A stretch of DNA of 64,000 nt from an uncultured virus (IMG/VR IMGVR_UViG_3300020048_000030) (Duplodnaviria; Heunggongvirae; Uroviricota; Caudoviricetes). The stretch is from IMG/VR virus record IMGVR_UViG_3300020048_000030, one strand, 5' to 3'. Below, in pieces: positions 32,188 to 41,410 of this stretch. Positions within the stretch are counted from its first letter, which is position 1. Each line of letters opens with the position of its first letter. The position numbers and the translations under genes are program-made. The notes under the pieces are model-generated. The model saw nothing but the letters and a program-made list of their open reading frames with translations. It made no database searches and had not been told where the DNA came from.

Positions 32188-32724
32188 ATGATAAATAAAT
32201 TTCAAGATTTTATAAATGAACATATGTCTAATTTATCAAAAAATAGAAAATGGAAAATTAATAATTCTGGTAAACATGAATTTACTGATTTATACTTTAC
32301 ATATAAATTACCAAAATCAGAATTAGGTGAATATCTTAATACCTGGTTTGAAGGTGTAGTTGCAAAATCAAAAGATGGTAGTATAACATATCGTGATGAA
32401 ATGGTAACTTTAAAAAAAGTTGATAAAGAAACTGCTGGTAGACTATATGATAAATATTATAATCCAATTAATATAGTTATAATGTATCTAAAACCTAATA
32501 AGAATGATAAAGGAGTAGATTTTTACACAATGAAAGCACAAATACATTCAGTAGATGATTCATCATATGGTATTTGGTGGGATGATAAAACATTTGAAGA
32601 ACTTTCAAAAATAAGAATTGATTTAATGAAATGGATTAATGCAAATCCTATCATAAATGGCGAAGAATTTCTTAATGTTTGTATTAGTCTAGGTGCAGAT
32701 GAAGATTCAAAAGATTATGATTAA
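32188..32724 (+). CDS. hypothetical protein (capsid-targeting-like N-terminus)
   Basis: MINKFQDFINE. Confidence 0.7.
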   Translation: MINKFQDFINEHMSNLSKNRKWKINNSGKHEFTDLYFTYKLPKSELGEYLNTWFEGVVAKSKDGSITYRDEMVTLKKVDKETAGRLYDKYYNPINIVIMYLKPNKNDKGVDFYTMKAQIHSVDDSSYGIWWDDKTFEELSKIRIDLMKWINANPIINGEEFLNVCISLGADEDSKDYD

Positions 32725-32968
32725 AAATTTGGTAGATTAAAAAAATTGTCATATCTTTGTATTCTAATTAAAAATAATTATAATAGAAAAAATTGATAAT
32801 CAATAACTTAAAAAATAATTTAAAAAAAAGTACAAAAATATTTGGTAGATTAAATAAACTTTTGTAATTTTGTACTCTATAATAAAAACAAATAATTCCA
32901 GAAATGGAAAAAAACGGACTTTAAGAATTAATATATAAAAAAAAACAAAATAATAGGAGATTAATAAA

Positions 32969-33120
32969 ATGTTGAAAAATTGTAAAAATATCGTCATATC
33001 CTCATCAGTAAAATGGTTTTATATTCAGCCATCTACGGGATCGGTATATTTGCAAATAAAGTAGACTAAAAATCAACTTATAATTTACAAAAACCCGAAC
33101 CCAAAAAGTTCGGGTTTTTT
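32969..33120 (+). promoter_or_regulatory. leader peptide (31 aa, 32969-33064) plus terminator: attenuator-like element before tRNA cluster 1
   Basis: MLKNCKNIVISSSVKWFYIQPSTGSVYLQIK followed by AAACCCGAAC-loop-GTTCGGGTTT-T run. Confidence 0.55.
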
Positions 33121-33124
33121 ATTT

Positions 33125-33193
33125 GGGAGTAATTCTTTGGAGAAACCGGCTCTGTAAAAGCTCACATAGCAAGTTCGATGCTTGCTACTCCCA
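33125..33193 (+). tRNA. tRNA-Tyr(GTA), atypical
   Basis: GGGAGTA/TACTCCC acceptor, loop CTGTAAA, T-arm GCAAG-TTCGATG-CTTGC; short D-arm and no long variable arm. Confidence 0.65.
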
Positions 33194-33209
33194 CAAAGTT
33201 CTTTAAAAT

Positions 33210-33297
33210 GCAAGTATTCATTGGCATGACCAGCAGGCTCCAACCCTGTCTTTTAAGGTCGTAAGATTGGTTGGGGGTTCGAATCCCTCTACTTGTG
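33210..33297 (+). tRNA. tRNA-Trp(CCA) with long variable region
   Basis: GCAAGTA/TACTTGT acceptor, GCAGG-CTCCAAC-CCTGT, GGTTCGAATCC. Confidence 0.65.
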
Positions 33298-33330
33298 CAA
33301 AAAGATTGTTCTTTGACATATTGGTATTTT

Positions 33331-33416
33331 GAGGGTATAGCTCAACTGGTGGAGCTTCTGTCTTTTAAACAGAAGGGTGCGTAATGCCGTTGTGGGTTCG
33401 AGTCCCACTGCCCTCA
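33331..33416 (+). tRNA. tRNA-Lys(TTT) with long variable arm
   Basis: TCTGT-CTTTTAA-ACAGA; canonical D and T arms. Confidence 0.85.
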
Positions 33417-33489
33417 CAAAATAATATTTTTAAACTTATTTTTAACAAAAAAGGGGTTCAATATATTTTATATATAAAAGTAAAAAGTT

Positions 33490-34194
33490 ATGTGGAAAAA
33501 AGAAAAAGTTGAATGGATAATTAAAAATAGTACAAATAAATCTGAAGTTTTAAAAAAAATGAACTTAAAGATTTTTACTGGAAATTATGATACATTAAAT
33601 AGATATATTAAAAATAATAATATTGATATATCACATTTTAATAGAAAACTTAAAAATTCAAATAAAAATAATGGTATTAAGATTCCATCATCTGAAATAT
33701 TAGTTGAAAATTCAACATATGCATCTACAAATCATTTAAAACAAAGATTATATAAAGAAGGATTAAAAGAAAGAAAATGTGAATTATGTGGACAAGAAGA
33801 AGAATGGAAGGGAAAACATATGAGTTTAATTCTTGATCATATTAATGGAATAAATAATGATAATAGATTAGAAAATTTAAGAATTGTTTGTCCTAATTGT
33901 AATGCTACTTTAGATACTCATTGTGGTAAAAATGCTAAATATAAAAAAATAATAGAAGTAAAAGTAAAAAAGATAAAAATATATTATTATTGTAATGATT
34001 GTGGAATTCAATTAAGTAAAAAATCAAATTATTGTTTAGATTGTTATAATAAACAACAAAGAAAAGTAGAAAGACCACCATATGAACAATTAATAAAAGA
34101 AATAACTGAATTGGGTTGGAGTGGTACTGGTAGAAAATATGGTGTATCTGATAATTCTATTAGAAAATGGGTAAAATATTATAAAAAACAATAA
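33490..34194 (+). CDS. HNH homing endonuclease
   Basis: CELCG..LILDHINGINNDNRLENLRIVCPNCNA; C-terminal HTH. Confidence 0.88.
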   Translation: MWKKEKVEWIIKNSTNKSEVLKKMNLKIFTGNYDTLNRYIKNNNIDISHFNRKLKNSNKNNGIKIPSSEILVENSTYASTNHLKQRLYKEGLKERKCELCGQEEEWKGKHMSLILDHINGINNDNRLENLRIVCPNCNATLDTHCGKNAKYKKIIEVKVKKIKIYYYCNDCGIQLSKKSNYCLDCYNKQQRKVERPPYEQLIKEITELGWSGTGRKYGVSDNSIRKWVKYYKKQ

Positions 34195-34205
34195 TATAAT
34201 TATAT

Positions 34206-34314
34206 GGTAGGTCAACTAGTGGTCAATGTTGCTTAGGATCGAGTATAGTATAATACTATATTCATGTGGTCTTAGGTCTCTTCGGAGTGCAAAGGTTCAA
34301 ATCCTTTTCTACCA
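34206..34314 (+). ncRNA. tRNA-like RNA with anticodon loop replaced by a long hairpin
   Basis: GGTAGG/TCTACC acceptor, D-arm with GG, variable arm CTC-TTCG-GAG, T-arm AAAGG-TTCAAAT-CCTTT. Confidence 0.6.
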
Positions 34315-34324
34315 ACTAAAAAAT

Positions 34325-34401
34325 GAAGGAGTACCAGAGTGGTTTAATGGCTTAGTCTGCAAAACTATTGATTTTCGTGGGTTCGAATCCCACCTCCTTC
34401 T
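34325..34401 (+). tRNA. tRNA-Cys(GCA)
   Basis: GAAGGAG/CTCCTTC with U73; loop CTGCAAA. Confidence 0.9.
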
Positions 34402-34409
34402 CAAAAAAT

Positions 34410-34488
34410 ATCGATGTATTCCCCTTGTCTTATACACAATCATTAAAAGGATAATTGGTGTATGCGGGTTCGAATCCCGCCTTCGATA
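34410..34488 (+). tRNA. non-canonical tRNA-like gene, anticodon TAT (Ile), lacking a normal D-arm
   Basis: ATCGATG/CTTCGAT acceptor, TTGT-CTTATAC-ACAA, T-arm GCGGG-TTCGAAT-CCCGC. Confidence 0.55.
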
Positions 34489-34493
34489 CATAT

Positions 34494-34568
34494 AGACACT
34501 TATATCAGTCTGGTCAGATAGTTTCGCTGATACCGAAAAAGTCACTGGTTCAAATCCAGTAGTGTCTA
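34494..34568 (+). tRNA. tRNA-Ile(GAT)
   Basis: TTTCG-CTGATAC-CGAAA. Confidence 0.9.
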
Positions 34569-34577
34569 CAAAATTAT

Positions 34578-34655
34578 GGGAAATTAGCTCAGTTGGTTTA
34601 GAGCATCGCGTTTACACCGCGAGGGTCATAGATTCGAATTCTATATTTCCCACCA
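34578..34655 (+). tRNA. tRNA-Val(TAC)
   Basis: TCGCG-TTTACAC-CGCGA, encoded CCA. Confidence 0.9.
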
Positions 34656-34661
34656 TAATTT

Positions 34662-34747
34662 GCCCTGATGGTGTAATTGGAAACATCCCACCCTTACAAG
34701 ATGGAGACGTGAAGCAAGTAGTCCTGGTTCGAGTCCAGGTCAGGGTA
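34662..34747 (+). tRNA. tRNA with TAC (Val) anticodon and long variable region
   Basis: GCCCTGA/TCAGGGT acceptor; CCACC-CTTACAA-GATGG with one mismatch. Confidence 0.65.
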
Positions 34748-34814
34748 CGTGAGAGACTGGTTTAGAATTTTTGATAGTACATAAGAATAATGAGAGCGTA
34801 GAAAAATTCAACAA

Positions 34815-34887
34815 GGAGATTAAGCTAACCAAATGGAAGCAATTGTTTGAAGCACAATGGGGGCAGGAGTGTTACCTGCAATCTCCA
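34815..34887 (+). tRNA. tRNA-Phe(GAA), non-canonical T-loop
   Basis: GGAGATT/AATCTCC; ATTGT-TTGAAGC-ACAAT; T-loop AGTGTTA. Confidence 0.7.
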
Positions 34888-34972
34888 CAATAATTTTTAA
34901 AAGTTCGATATAAAAAATAAATAAAAATCAAACTTTAATATTTAATATATAGTAATAAACAATTTATTAAAT

Positions 34973-35689
34973 ATGAAAAATGAATATAATTATTTTTATA
35001 AAATAACAAACTTAATTAATGAAAGATATTATTTTGGTGTACATAAAACAAATAAAATTGAAGATGGTTATATGGGTTCTGGGAAAAGATTAAAATATGC
35101 AATTATTAAATATGGTATGGAAAATTTTAAAAAAGAAATTATTAAATATTTTAATACATTTGAAGAAGCATTAAATTATGAAGCTGAAATAGTAACAGAA
35201 AATTTAGTTAATGATATTGAATGTTATAATTTAAAACTCGGTGGAACAGGTGGTTGGTCTTATGTTACTTCTACTCGTAAAAATGTTCATAATAATAAAG
35301 TAGTAGTATTTAATAAAAGTGGTAATACAATGATGATTGATTTAGATGATATAAGGTATATTAATGGTGATTTAAAATCTATACATAAAAATAAAATAAA
35401 TGTAAAAGACAATAATAATAATTATTATCATATTAATATTGATGACGAAAGATATATTAATGGTGATTTAAAACCAATTTGGACAAATAGAAAACACACA
35501 GAAGAAACCAAAATTAAAATTGGAATTACTAATAGTATAAATCAAAAAGGGGAAAAAAATTCTCAATTTGGAACTTGTTGGGTGATGAAAGAAAGTGAAA
35601 ATAAAAAAATTAAAAAAGAAGAATTAAATATTTATTTAAGTGGAGGATGGATAAAAGGTAGAAAAATAATTAAAAATTTGGATAGTTAA
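34973..35689 (+). CDS. GIY-YIG (Seg-like) homing endonuclease
   Basis: YFYKITNLINERYYFGVH..YMGSG..YNLKLGG; NUMOD3-like KHTEETK. Confidence 0.88.
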   Translation: MKNEYNYFYKITNLINERYYFGVHKTNKIEDGYMGSGKRLKYAIIKYGMENFKKEIIKYFNTFEEALNYEAEIVTENLVNDIECYNLKLGGTGGWSYVTSTRKNVHNNKVVVFNKSGNTMMIDLDDIRYINGDLKSIHKNKINVKDNNNNYYHINIDDERYINGDLKPIWTNRKHTEETKIKIGITNSINQKGEKNSQFGTCWVMKESENKKIKKEELNIYLSGGWIKGRKIIKNLDS

Positions 35690-35771
35690 GTAGCTATATT
35701 GGAATGGCAACTAGTTTAGAAAACTAGGTTTCGGATTTCATCTGGATGGGGGTCGGGTCCTCAACTATCCG
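35680..35771 (+). tRNA. tRNA-Ser(AGA)
   Basis: GGATAGT/ACTATCC with G73; CTAGT-TTAGAAA-ACTAG; long variable arm; degenerate T-loop. Confidence 0.65.
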
Positions 35772-35783
35772 CAGTAAAAATAC

Positions 35784-35867
35784 ACGCAAGTTGCCGAGTG
35801 GTTAAAGGCACTGGTCTCCAAAACCAGTCTGAAAAGTTCGTGGGTTCGAATCCTACCTTGCGTGCCA
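35784..35867 (+). tRNA. tRNA-Trp(CCA)
   Basis: CTGGT-CTCCAAA-ACCAG, G73, encoded CCA. Confidence 0.88.
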
Positions 35868-35870
35868 TAT

Positions 35871-35943
35871 TCCTTCATAGCTCAATTGGCAGAGTAAGAG
35901 ATTCTTAATCTTTGGGTTCAGGGTTCGATTCCCTGTGAGGGAA
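35871..35943 (+). tRNA. tRNA-Lys(CTT)
   Basis: AGAGA-TTCTTAA-TCTTT. Confidence 0.88.
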
Positions 35944-36561
35944 CTAATTTTTTTGGACTATTAGATGTAATAAATTAGATGGGTCTTTTTCAAATGAATA
36001 AGCTTTTTTAAATTCTTCTTTAGAATAAACAATTTTAAAAGTTTCAGATAGTACATCTAACCAAGTTTCTTTATCATAAGATACTTTACCAGTAATGACA
36101 TTACCTGTATTAGAAGTTTTTACCAATATGTAAAGATATCCATTATCATTTAATATTCTGTTTATATCAGATAAAACTTTTACAACTTCATCCATAACAA
36201 AATAATGGAGAGCAAGTCTAGCAAATACCAAATCAAAAGAATTATTAGGAAATGGAAATTTTTTTAATGTATCATGAACAACCCAAGTATAATCAGGTTG
36301 TTTTTCTTTCATTGTATCAATTGCTAAATCTGATATGTCAGTACCATAAACATCAAACCCTTTATCAATAAAATATTCTGAATAGATACCATCACCAATA
36401 GATATATCTAATATTTTTGAATTTTGTGGTATTAATTTTATTAATTGATTTACATTTTGTAAATCAATATTATCTTTTGGGATAATACCTTTATTAACTT
36501 TATCAATGAAATCATTCCATAATGAAACAGATTCAAAGGTTTTAAAGTTTTTAATTTTCAT
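35944..36561 (-). CDS. class I SAM-dependent methyltransferase
   Basis: ILDISIGDG, GTDIS, FPNNSFDLVF, RILNDNG. Confidence 0.85.
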   Translation of the reverse strand: MKIKNFKTFESVSLWNDFIDKVNKGIIPKDNIDLQNVNQLIKLIPQNSKILDISIGDGIYSEYFIDKGFDVYGTDISDLAIDTMKEKQPDYTWVVHDTLKKFPFPNNSFDLVFARLALHYFVMDEVVKVLSDINRILNDNGYLYILVKTSNTGNVITGKVSYDKETWLDVLSETFKIVYSKEEFKKAYSFEKDPSNLLHLIVQKN

Positions 36562-36631
36562 AAATAATTTTTTATTTTATATATAAAATATGAAATCACA
36601 TTACTTTAATATATAGAAATAAAAAATACCA

Positions 36632-37525
36632 ATGATAATAATAAGGAATTATGATGATATGTTATTAGAAAGATATGGATATAATAATATTGCAAAAGAA
36701 ATATCAAATAAAATAATAGATTTAATAAATTATAATTTAGGAAAACTCATTTTAAATAAGAGTATTACATTAAATTCATCATTAGGAAAAATTTCAGAAA
36801 TAGATTTTATTGAGGATATTATAAATATTAAATTATCTAATAGAACATATGGAAATGTAAATCCAAAATCAACCATAAATGAATCTGATAGTATTTATAA
36901 TATGACTATAAATCTTGAATTAATATTATCACCAATTGAATTAAAAGCAAAAAGATTAATACATAATGACATAATACATACAGTTGAACATGAATCATTA
37001 CATATAATAGAAGGATATCTTACAAATTTAAATAACAAATCTTTTGCAAAATCTTGGGATATGGGAAGTGAATTACAAGATTTACAAAATAAATATAAAT
37101 TAGATGATAATTGGCAAGAAATATCACATTTTATTTATTTATCATTACCTCATGAAATGAGAGCGAGATTACAACAATTAAATTCTAAAATAAAAATGAT
37201 GGGTTTAAGAGGAATATATTATGTACAAGGGTATATTAAAAGGACTAAAATTTTTAAGGATGTAGAATTTTTATCAGAAATAGATGAAATAGTGACATTA
37301 AATAAATTAAAAAAAGACAAAAATTATAATGATATTATAAAAGATTTTAGTTTATTATTTTTAAAAAATAGTGGAATTGATTATGAAAATAATTTTAAAG
37401 ATTATTTTAAAACTATTAAATTTAAAAATAAAAAAATACTTTCAAAACTACTTAAAACATCATATAATTTTGAAAGTTATGGACATGAAGACATTATTAT
37501 AGATTATAGTAAATATATAAAATAA
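36632..37525 (+). CDS. putative zinc metallopeptidase-like protein
   Basis: HESLH (HExxH) with downstream E in HEMRAR. Confidence 0.55.
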   Translation: MIIIRNYDDMLLERYGYNNIAKEISNKIIDLINYNLGKLILNKSITLNSSLGKISEIDFIEDIINIKLSNRTYGNVNPKSTINESDSIYNMTINLELILSPIELKAKRLIHNDIIHTVEHESLHIIEGYLTNLNNKSFAKSWDMGSELQDLQNKYKLDDNWQEISHFIYLSLPHEMRARLQQLNSKIKMMGLRGIYYVQGYIKRTKIFKDVEFLSEIDEIVTLNKLKKDKNYNDIIKDFSLLFLKNSGIDYENNFKDYFKTIKFKNKKILSKLLKTSYNFESYGHEDIIIDYSKYIK

Positions 37526-37690
37526 TTAAAAATCTTTTTATTAGGTTTTGACTACAACCCTTATTATATATACAAAAGATATATTTTTTAAAATTTTTGA
37601 GAAAAAATTAAACTTTTATATAAATATATACAATCAATAAAATTATTAACAAAAAATAAAAAAAATTAAAAAAAGGTTTAGACCTTAACT

Positions 37691-38896
37691 ATGGAAAAAC
37701 AAATTATTCTATCTGAGACTTCTGCTAATGTAGAAGAATCAGAACCACCGGTTTCACAGAAACCATCAGTCTTTAATAGACAAACCGAAGATGATAAGGT
37801 TATAGAATTCATCACAAACAACTACCCAAATACAACAATAGAACAATGGAATTCATGGCAGTGGCAGATAAAGAATAGTATTACCAAGTCAGATGATTTA
37901 ATTAATATATTAGGGAAAAAAAGAGAAAATATAATTCTCAATATTCCAGAAAACCACTTACCTTTTAGAATAACACCTTACTTTGCTTCTTTATTAGATA
38001 GATTAGAAAGTAATCACCCATTGTATAAAACAATTATTCCAACTTTAAATGAATTAGATGTTTATGAAGGAGAATCACCAGATTCTTTAAATGAAGAACA
38101 TAGTTCACCAGTTAAGAATATTGTACATAGATATCCAGATAGAGCATTATTTTTAGTTACTGCTTTTTGTAGTACATATTGTAGATTTTGTACAAGAAGT
38201 TATATGGTAGCTAAACAAAATTCTATTAAAGTATCACATAAAGATTGGGAAGATGCATTCAACTATTTAGAAAACCATACTGAAATTAGGGATGTTATAG
38301 TATCTGGTGGAGATCCACTTACATTATCTGATGAACAATTAGAATATATATTAAGTAGATTAAGAAGTATAGAACATATTGAAATCATTAGAATTGGCAC
38401 AAAAATTCCAGCTGTATTACCTCAGAGAATCACACCGGAATTAGTGAATATGTTAAAAAAATATCATCCACTATATTTAAGTGTACACTTTACTCATCCT
38501 GATGAATTCAGTAAAGAAACTAAAAGAGCTTGTAATATGTTAGTTGACAATGGAATAGTATTAAGAAGTCAGACTGTATTATTAAAAGATATAAATGATA
38601 ATGTAGAAACTATGAAAAAATTAATGCATAATTTATTATTAAATAGAATTGTACCATATTATTTGTATCAGATGGATAAAATTCCGGGTGCTAAAATATT
38701 TGAAACTACAATTGATAAGGGTATTGAAATAATAAGAGGGTTGCGTGGATTCACATCTGGTTATGCAATTCCACAATATATTGTTGATACAGCAATTGGA
38801 AAAATGCCAATAAGTCCAAATTACATAAAAGATATAAATGATGGAATTGTTACTTTTGAAAATTATGAAGGAAAATATATATCACAATATCATTAA
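37691..38896 (+). CDS. kamA: Lysine 2,3-aminomutase family radical SAM enzyme
   Basis: WQWQIKN, VHRYPDRAL, CSTYCRFCTR, SGGDPL, RIGTKIP, PYYLYQ, LRGFTSGYAIP. Confidence 0.9.
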   Translation: MEKQIILSETSANVEESEPPVSQKPSVFNRQTEDDKVIEFITNNYPNTTIEQWNSWQWQIKNSITKSDDLINILGKKRENIILNIPENHLPFRITPYFASLLDRLESNHPLYKTIIPTLNELDVYEGESPDSLNEEHSSPVKNIVHRYPDRALFLVTAFCSTYCRFCTRSYMVAKQNSIKVSHKDWEDAFNYLENHTEIRDVIVSGGDPLTLSDEQLEYILSRLRSIEHIEIIRIGTKIPAVLPQRITPELVNMLKKYHPLYLSVHFTHPDEFSKETKRACNMLVDNGIVLRSQTVLLKDINDNVETMKKLMHNLLLNRIVPYYLYQMDKIPGAKIFETTIDKGIEIIRGLRGFTSGYAIPQYIVDTAIGKMPISPNYIKDINDGIVTFENYEGKYISQYH

Positions 38897-38915
38897 GAAA
38901 TAAAAATACTTTAAG

Positions 38916-38950
38916 AAAAAGTAGAAGATTTATTTCTTCTACTTTTTTTT
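38916..38950 (+). terminator. intrinsic terminator after kamA
   Basis: AGTAGAAGA-loop-TCTTCTACT-T run. Confidence 0.8.
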
Positions 38951-38992
38951 ATTAAAAATATTTATTATCTTTGTAAAAATAATATTTTATAA

Positions 38993-39373
38993 ATGGTAGA
39001 AAAAATATTAAAATTAGGTGTAAAAAAAGGTTTGTGGACTGATACATACCAACATTCATGGAGAATTAATTATAGTGGTGTTAGTCCAAATATGGATAAG
39101 TGTATTAATATTATTATAAATATTGATGGTGTTGATATTACTTGTTTTACTCATGATGGGTACAAAAGAGGATATTTACATTATTTGTATTATAATAGTA
39201 TTGACCGATTTGATAATGGTAATATAATGAAATATAACATATATGTGCCAATAGATGATGTATTAGATGGAAAACCATTTTATACAACAAATAAAATAGA
39301 AAGAAGAAAATTAAAAATTGAAAAATTAATAAAAATAAAAAATGAAAGATTACAGAATACTATTTCCATCTGA
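38993..39373 (+). CDS. hypothetical protein with C-terminal RxxKI motif
   Basis: ERRKLKIEKL; follows a TATCTTTG element at 38966. Confidence 0.65.
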   Translation: MVEKILKLGVKKGLWTDTYQHSWRINYSGVSPNMDKCINIIINIDGVDITCFTHDGYKRGYLHYLYYNSIDRFDNGNIMKYNIYVPIDDVLDGKPFYTTNKIERRKLKIEKLIKIKNERLQNTISI

Positions 39374-40211
39374 ACCTTTTGAACAAAAGGTTGTTGATTC
39401 TGCTTATACTGAAGAGTATAATGTATGTAAACTTATGGGAATTAAGACACATCTTTTTGATTATGAAGAATTAGTTGAAAATGATAAATTAGTATCTGAT
39501 ATATTTTTTGATGATAGTGCCACTCTTATTTATAGGGGATGGATGTTAAAACCTGAACAATATAGTAAGTTGTATAATAAGATATTACATAAGACAAATG
39601 GATATGTAACTTTATTAAATTCACCGGAACAATATAAGAATTGTCATTGTTTTCCATTTGTATATAAAGATATAAAAGATTATACACCTAAAATATTAGT
39701 ATTTGATAATTATGATAATTTAGTTGATTTATTTTGTATATTACCATTATTAGATTTTGATTTTTTCTTAAAAGATTATGTTAAATCAATTAAGACAAAT
39801 TTAGGTGTAGAAAAAATAAATAGAAAAATAAGTACAAGTGATTTATTTAAGAAGATACAAGAATTTGTTACAGAAAGAGGTAATTTATTTACAGGTGGTA
39901 TTGTATTTAAAGAATATATTAATTTAAAAAAGATAAATGAAATAACAAATGAATGGAGGGCATTTTATTTATATGGTAAACTTATAGATTTAAGTAATAA
40001 TTCAAGTATAGATATATCTAAAGGAGAACAACCACCTATTGAATTTGTAAATAGTGTTGGTAAAGTATTATCTGAAAAAAGTAATTTTTTTACAATTGAT
40101 TTTGCATTAACTGAAGATAATATTTGGAAAATTATAGAAACTGGTGATGGTGGAGTATCAGGTTTATCACCACATTCTAATGTAATGGGATTTTATAATA
40201 AACTATTTTAA
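39342..40211 (+). CDS. ATP-grasp domain protein (R2K-like)
   Basis: YRGWML, FFLKDYVKS, NEWRAF, FFTIDFA, IIETGDGGVSG. Confidence 0.8.
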   Translation: MKDYRILFPSEPFEQKVVDSAYTEEYNVCKLMGIKTHLFDYEELVENDKLVSDIFFDDSATLIYRGWMLKPEQYSKLYNKILHKTNGYVTLLNSPEQYKNCHCFPFVYKDIKDYTPKILVFDNYDNLVDLFCILPLLDFDFFLKDYVKSIKTNLGVEKINRKISTSDLFKKIQEFVTERGNLFTGGIVFKEYINLKKINEITNEWRAFYLYGKLIDLSNNSSIDISKGEQPPIEFVNSVGKVLSEKSNFFTIDFALTEDNIWKIIETGDGGVSGLSPHSNVMGFYNKLF

Positions 40212-40212
40212 A

Positions 40213-40389
40213 ATATTTACTAATGGTAATTTAAAACAAGGTGAATATGCAAGGGGTGGATTTGAATTACATTTTGACAATGATTGGGAAGAAGTATCAG
40301 TAATAAATGAAAATGGTGGACATGCAATTTTAATTAATCCAGATTTTGAAGAAATTTTTAGTGAAATACAATATAAAAATGAAAAATAA
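40213..40389 (+). pseudogene. start-less open 3' gene remnant
   Basis: Open frame IFTNGNLKQGEYARGGFELHFDNDWEE..NEK* with no ATG/GTG/TTG start. Confidence 0.35.
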
Positions 40390-40669
40390 CTATTGGAAAT
40401 TTATAAAATTAAAAATTAATAATAAAAATATTGATGATACTTTTCATAAGTATATTTTTAATAAAAATAGATTAAATGCATTATCAGGTTATCTTTCCCT
40501 ATTAACTAGATTAAATTATCTTGAAAAATTAGATAAAGGAAATTATAGAATAATTAAAAAAATCCCTAATGGATTATCTACAACATTAGCGAATAAAATG
40601 TTAACTGATAAAACTTATCAGAGAATTATAAAATTAGAAAAAATTAAATTAAACATATTGAATAAATAA
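40379..40669 (+). CDS. hypothetical protein with C-terminal RxxKL motif
   Basis: Probable ATG at 40379; QRIIKLEKI. Confidence 0.6.
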   Translation: MKNNYWKFIKLKINNKNIDDTFHKYIFNKNRLNALSGYLSLLTRLNYLEKLDKGNYRIIKKIPNGLSTTLANKMLTDKTYQRIIKLEKIKLNILNK

Positions 40670-40704
40670 TGATATAATAGTTTTAAAAATAAATAAAAAT
40701 AAAA

Positions 40705-40998
40705 ATGGAAAAGATAGAAACAAAATTAAAAACTTGTGATGCAGTACATATAGATGTACAATGTGAAAGAAATGATCCAGAAGATATTGAATGTGGTGGA
40801 CCAGTAATGTTAGGATATTCATTTTATATTTCAAAATCAGATAACTTATCAGAATATAAACAATTTATAAAAGATTGTCTTGAAAAATATAATAGACCTT
40901 TTATAAATATGGTAATTACTATGAAAAATAGACTTAATGTTAAATATCTTAATGATAAAAAACAAATTGAAGAAACAATTAGAATTGAATCAATATAA
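40705..40998 (+). CDS. hypothetical protein
   Basis: 97-aa ORF. Confidence 0.6.
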   Translation: MEKIETKLKTCDAVHIDVQCERNDPEDIECGGPVMLGYSFYISKSDNLSEYKQFIKDCLEKYNRPFINMVITMKNRLNVKYLNDKKQIEETIRIESI

Positions 40999-41003
40999 TT
41001 GAT

Positions 41004-41147
41004 ATGTCAATATATAAATTTATTCCCAAACTTGATTATACTTCTTTATACCCTACTACAATGAGGGATTTAAATGATGATTATTTTAAACTATTTAATA
41101 GAAGAAGAAAATTAAATAAAATTATTAATAGTATGAACAATGTATAA
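41004..41147 (+). CDS. 47-aa microprotein
   Basis: MSIYKFIPKLDYTSLYPTTMRDLNDDYFKLFNRRRKLNKIINSMNNV (manual translation); fills the gap between genes. Confidence 0.55.
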   Translation: MSIYKFIPKLDYTSLYPTTMRDLNDDYFKLFNRRRKLNKIINSMNNV

Positions 41148-41334
41148 TTATATTTATTGTAATAAATGTGAAGGATTTTATTTAAATTGGTCAGTAGATT
41201 TTGGTAATATGGATAAAGCTTGTCCTAAATGTTTCACTAAAGATATTAAAGAATTTAAGTCTGATAGTTTTGCTGATATGGCTCAGATAGAAAGACAATA
41301 TAAAATTAATAAAATAAATATAGATTTAATATAA
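41140..41334 (+). CDS. small zinc-ribbon protein
   Basis: CNKC..CPKC; ends ERQYKINKI. Confidence 0.65.
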   Translation: MYNYIYCNKCEGFYLNWSVDFGNMDKACPKCFTKDIKEFKSDSFADMAQIERQYKINKINIDLI

Positions 41335-41410
41335 TAATAACAATTAATTAACTATCAAATGATAGTATTTATATGATTTTTATTATATATAAGAATAAAA
41401 AATAAAAAAT

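Noticed and set aside
34226..34765. ORFs 34226, 34309 and 34562 (also 45587-45847)
   Set aside because: They overlap clear tRNA genes.
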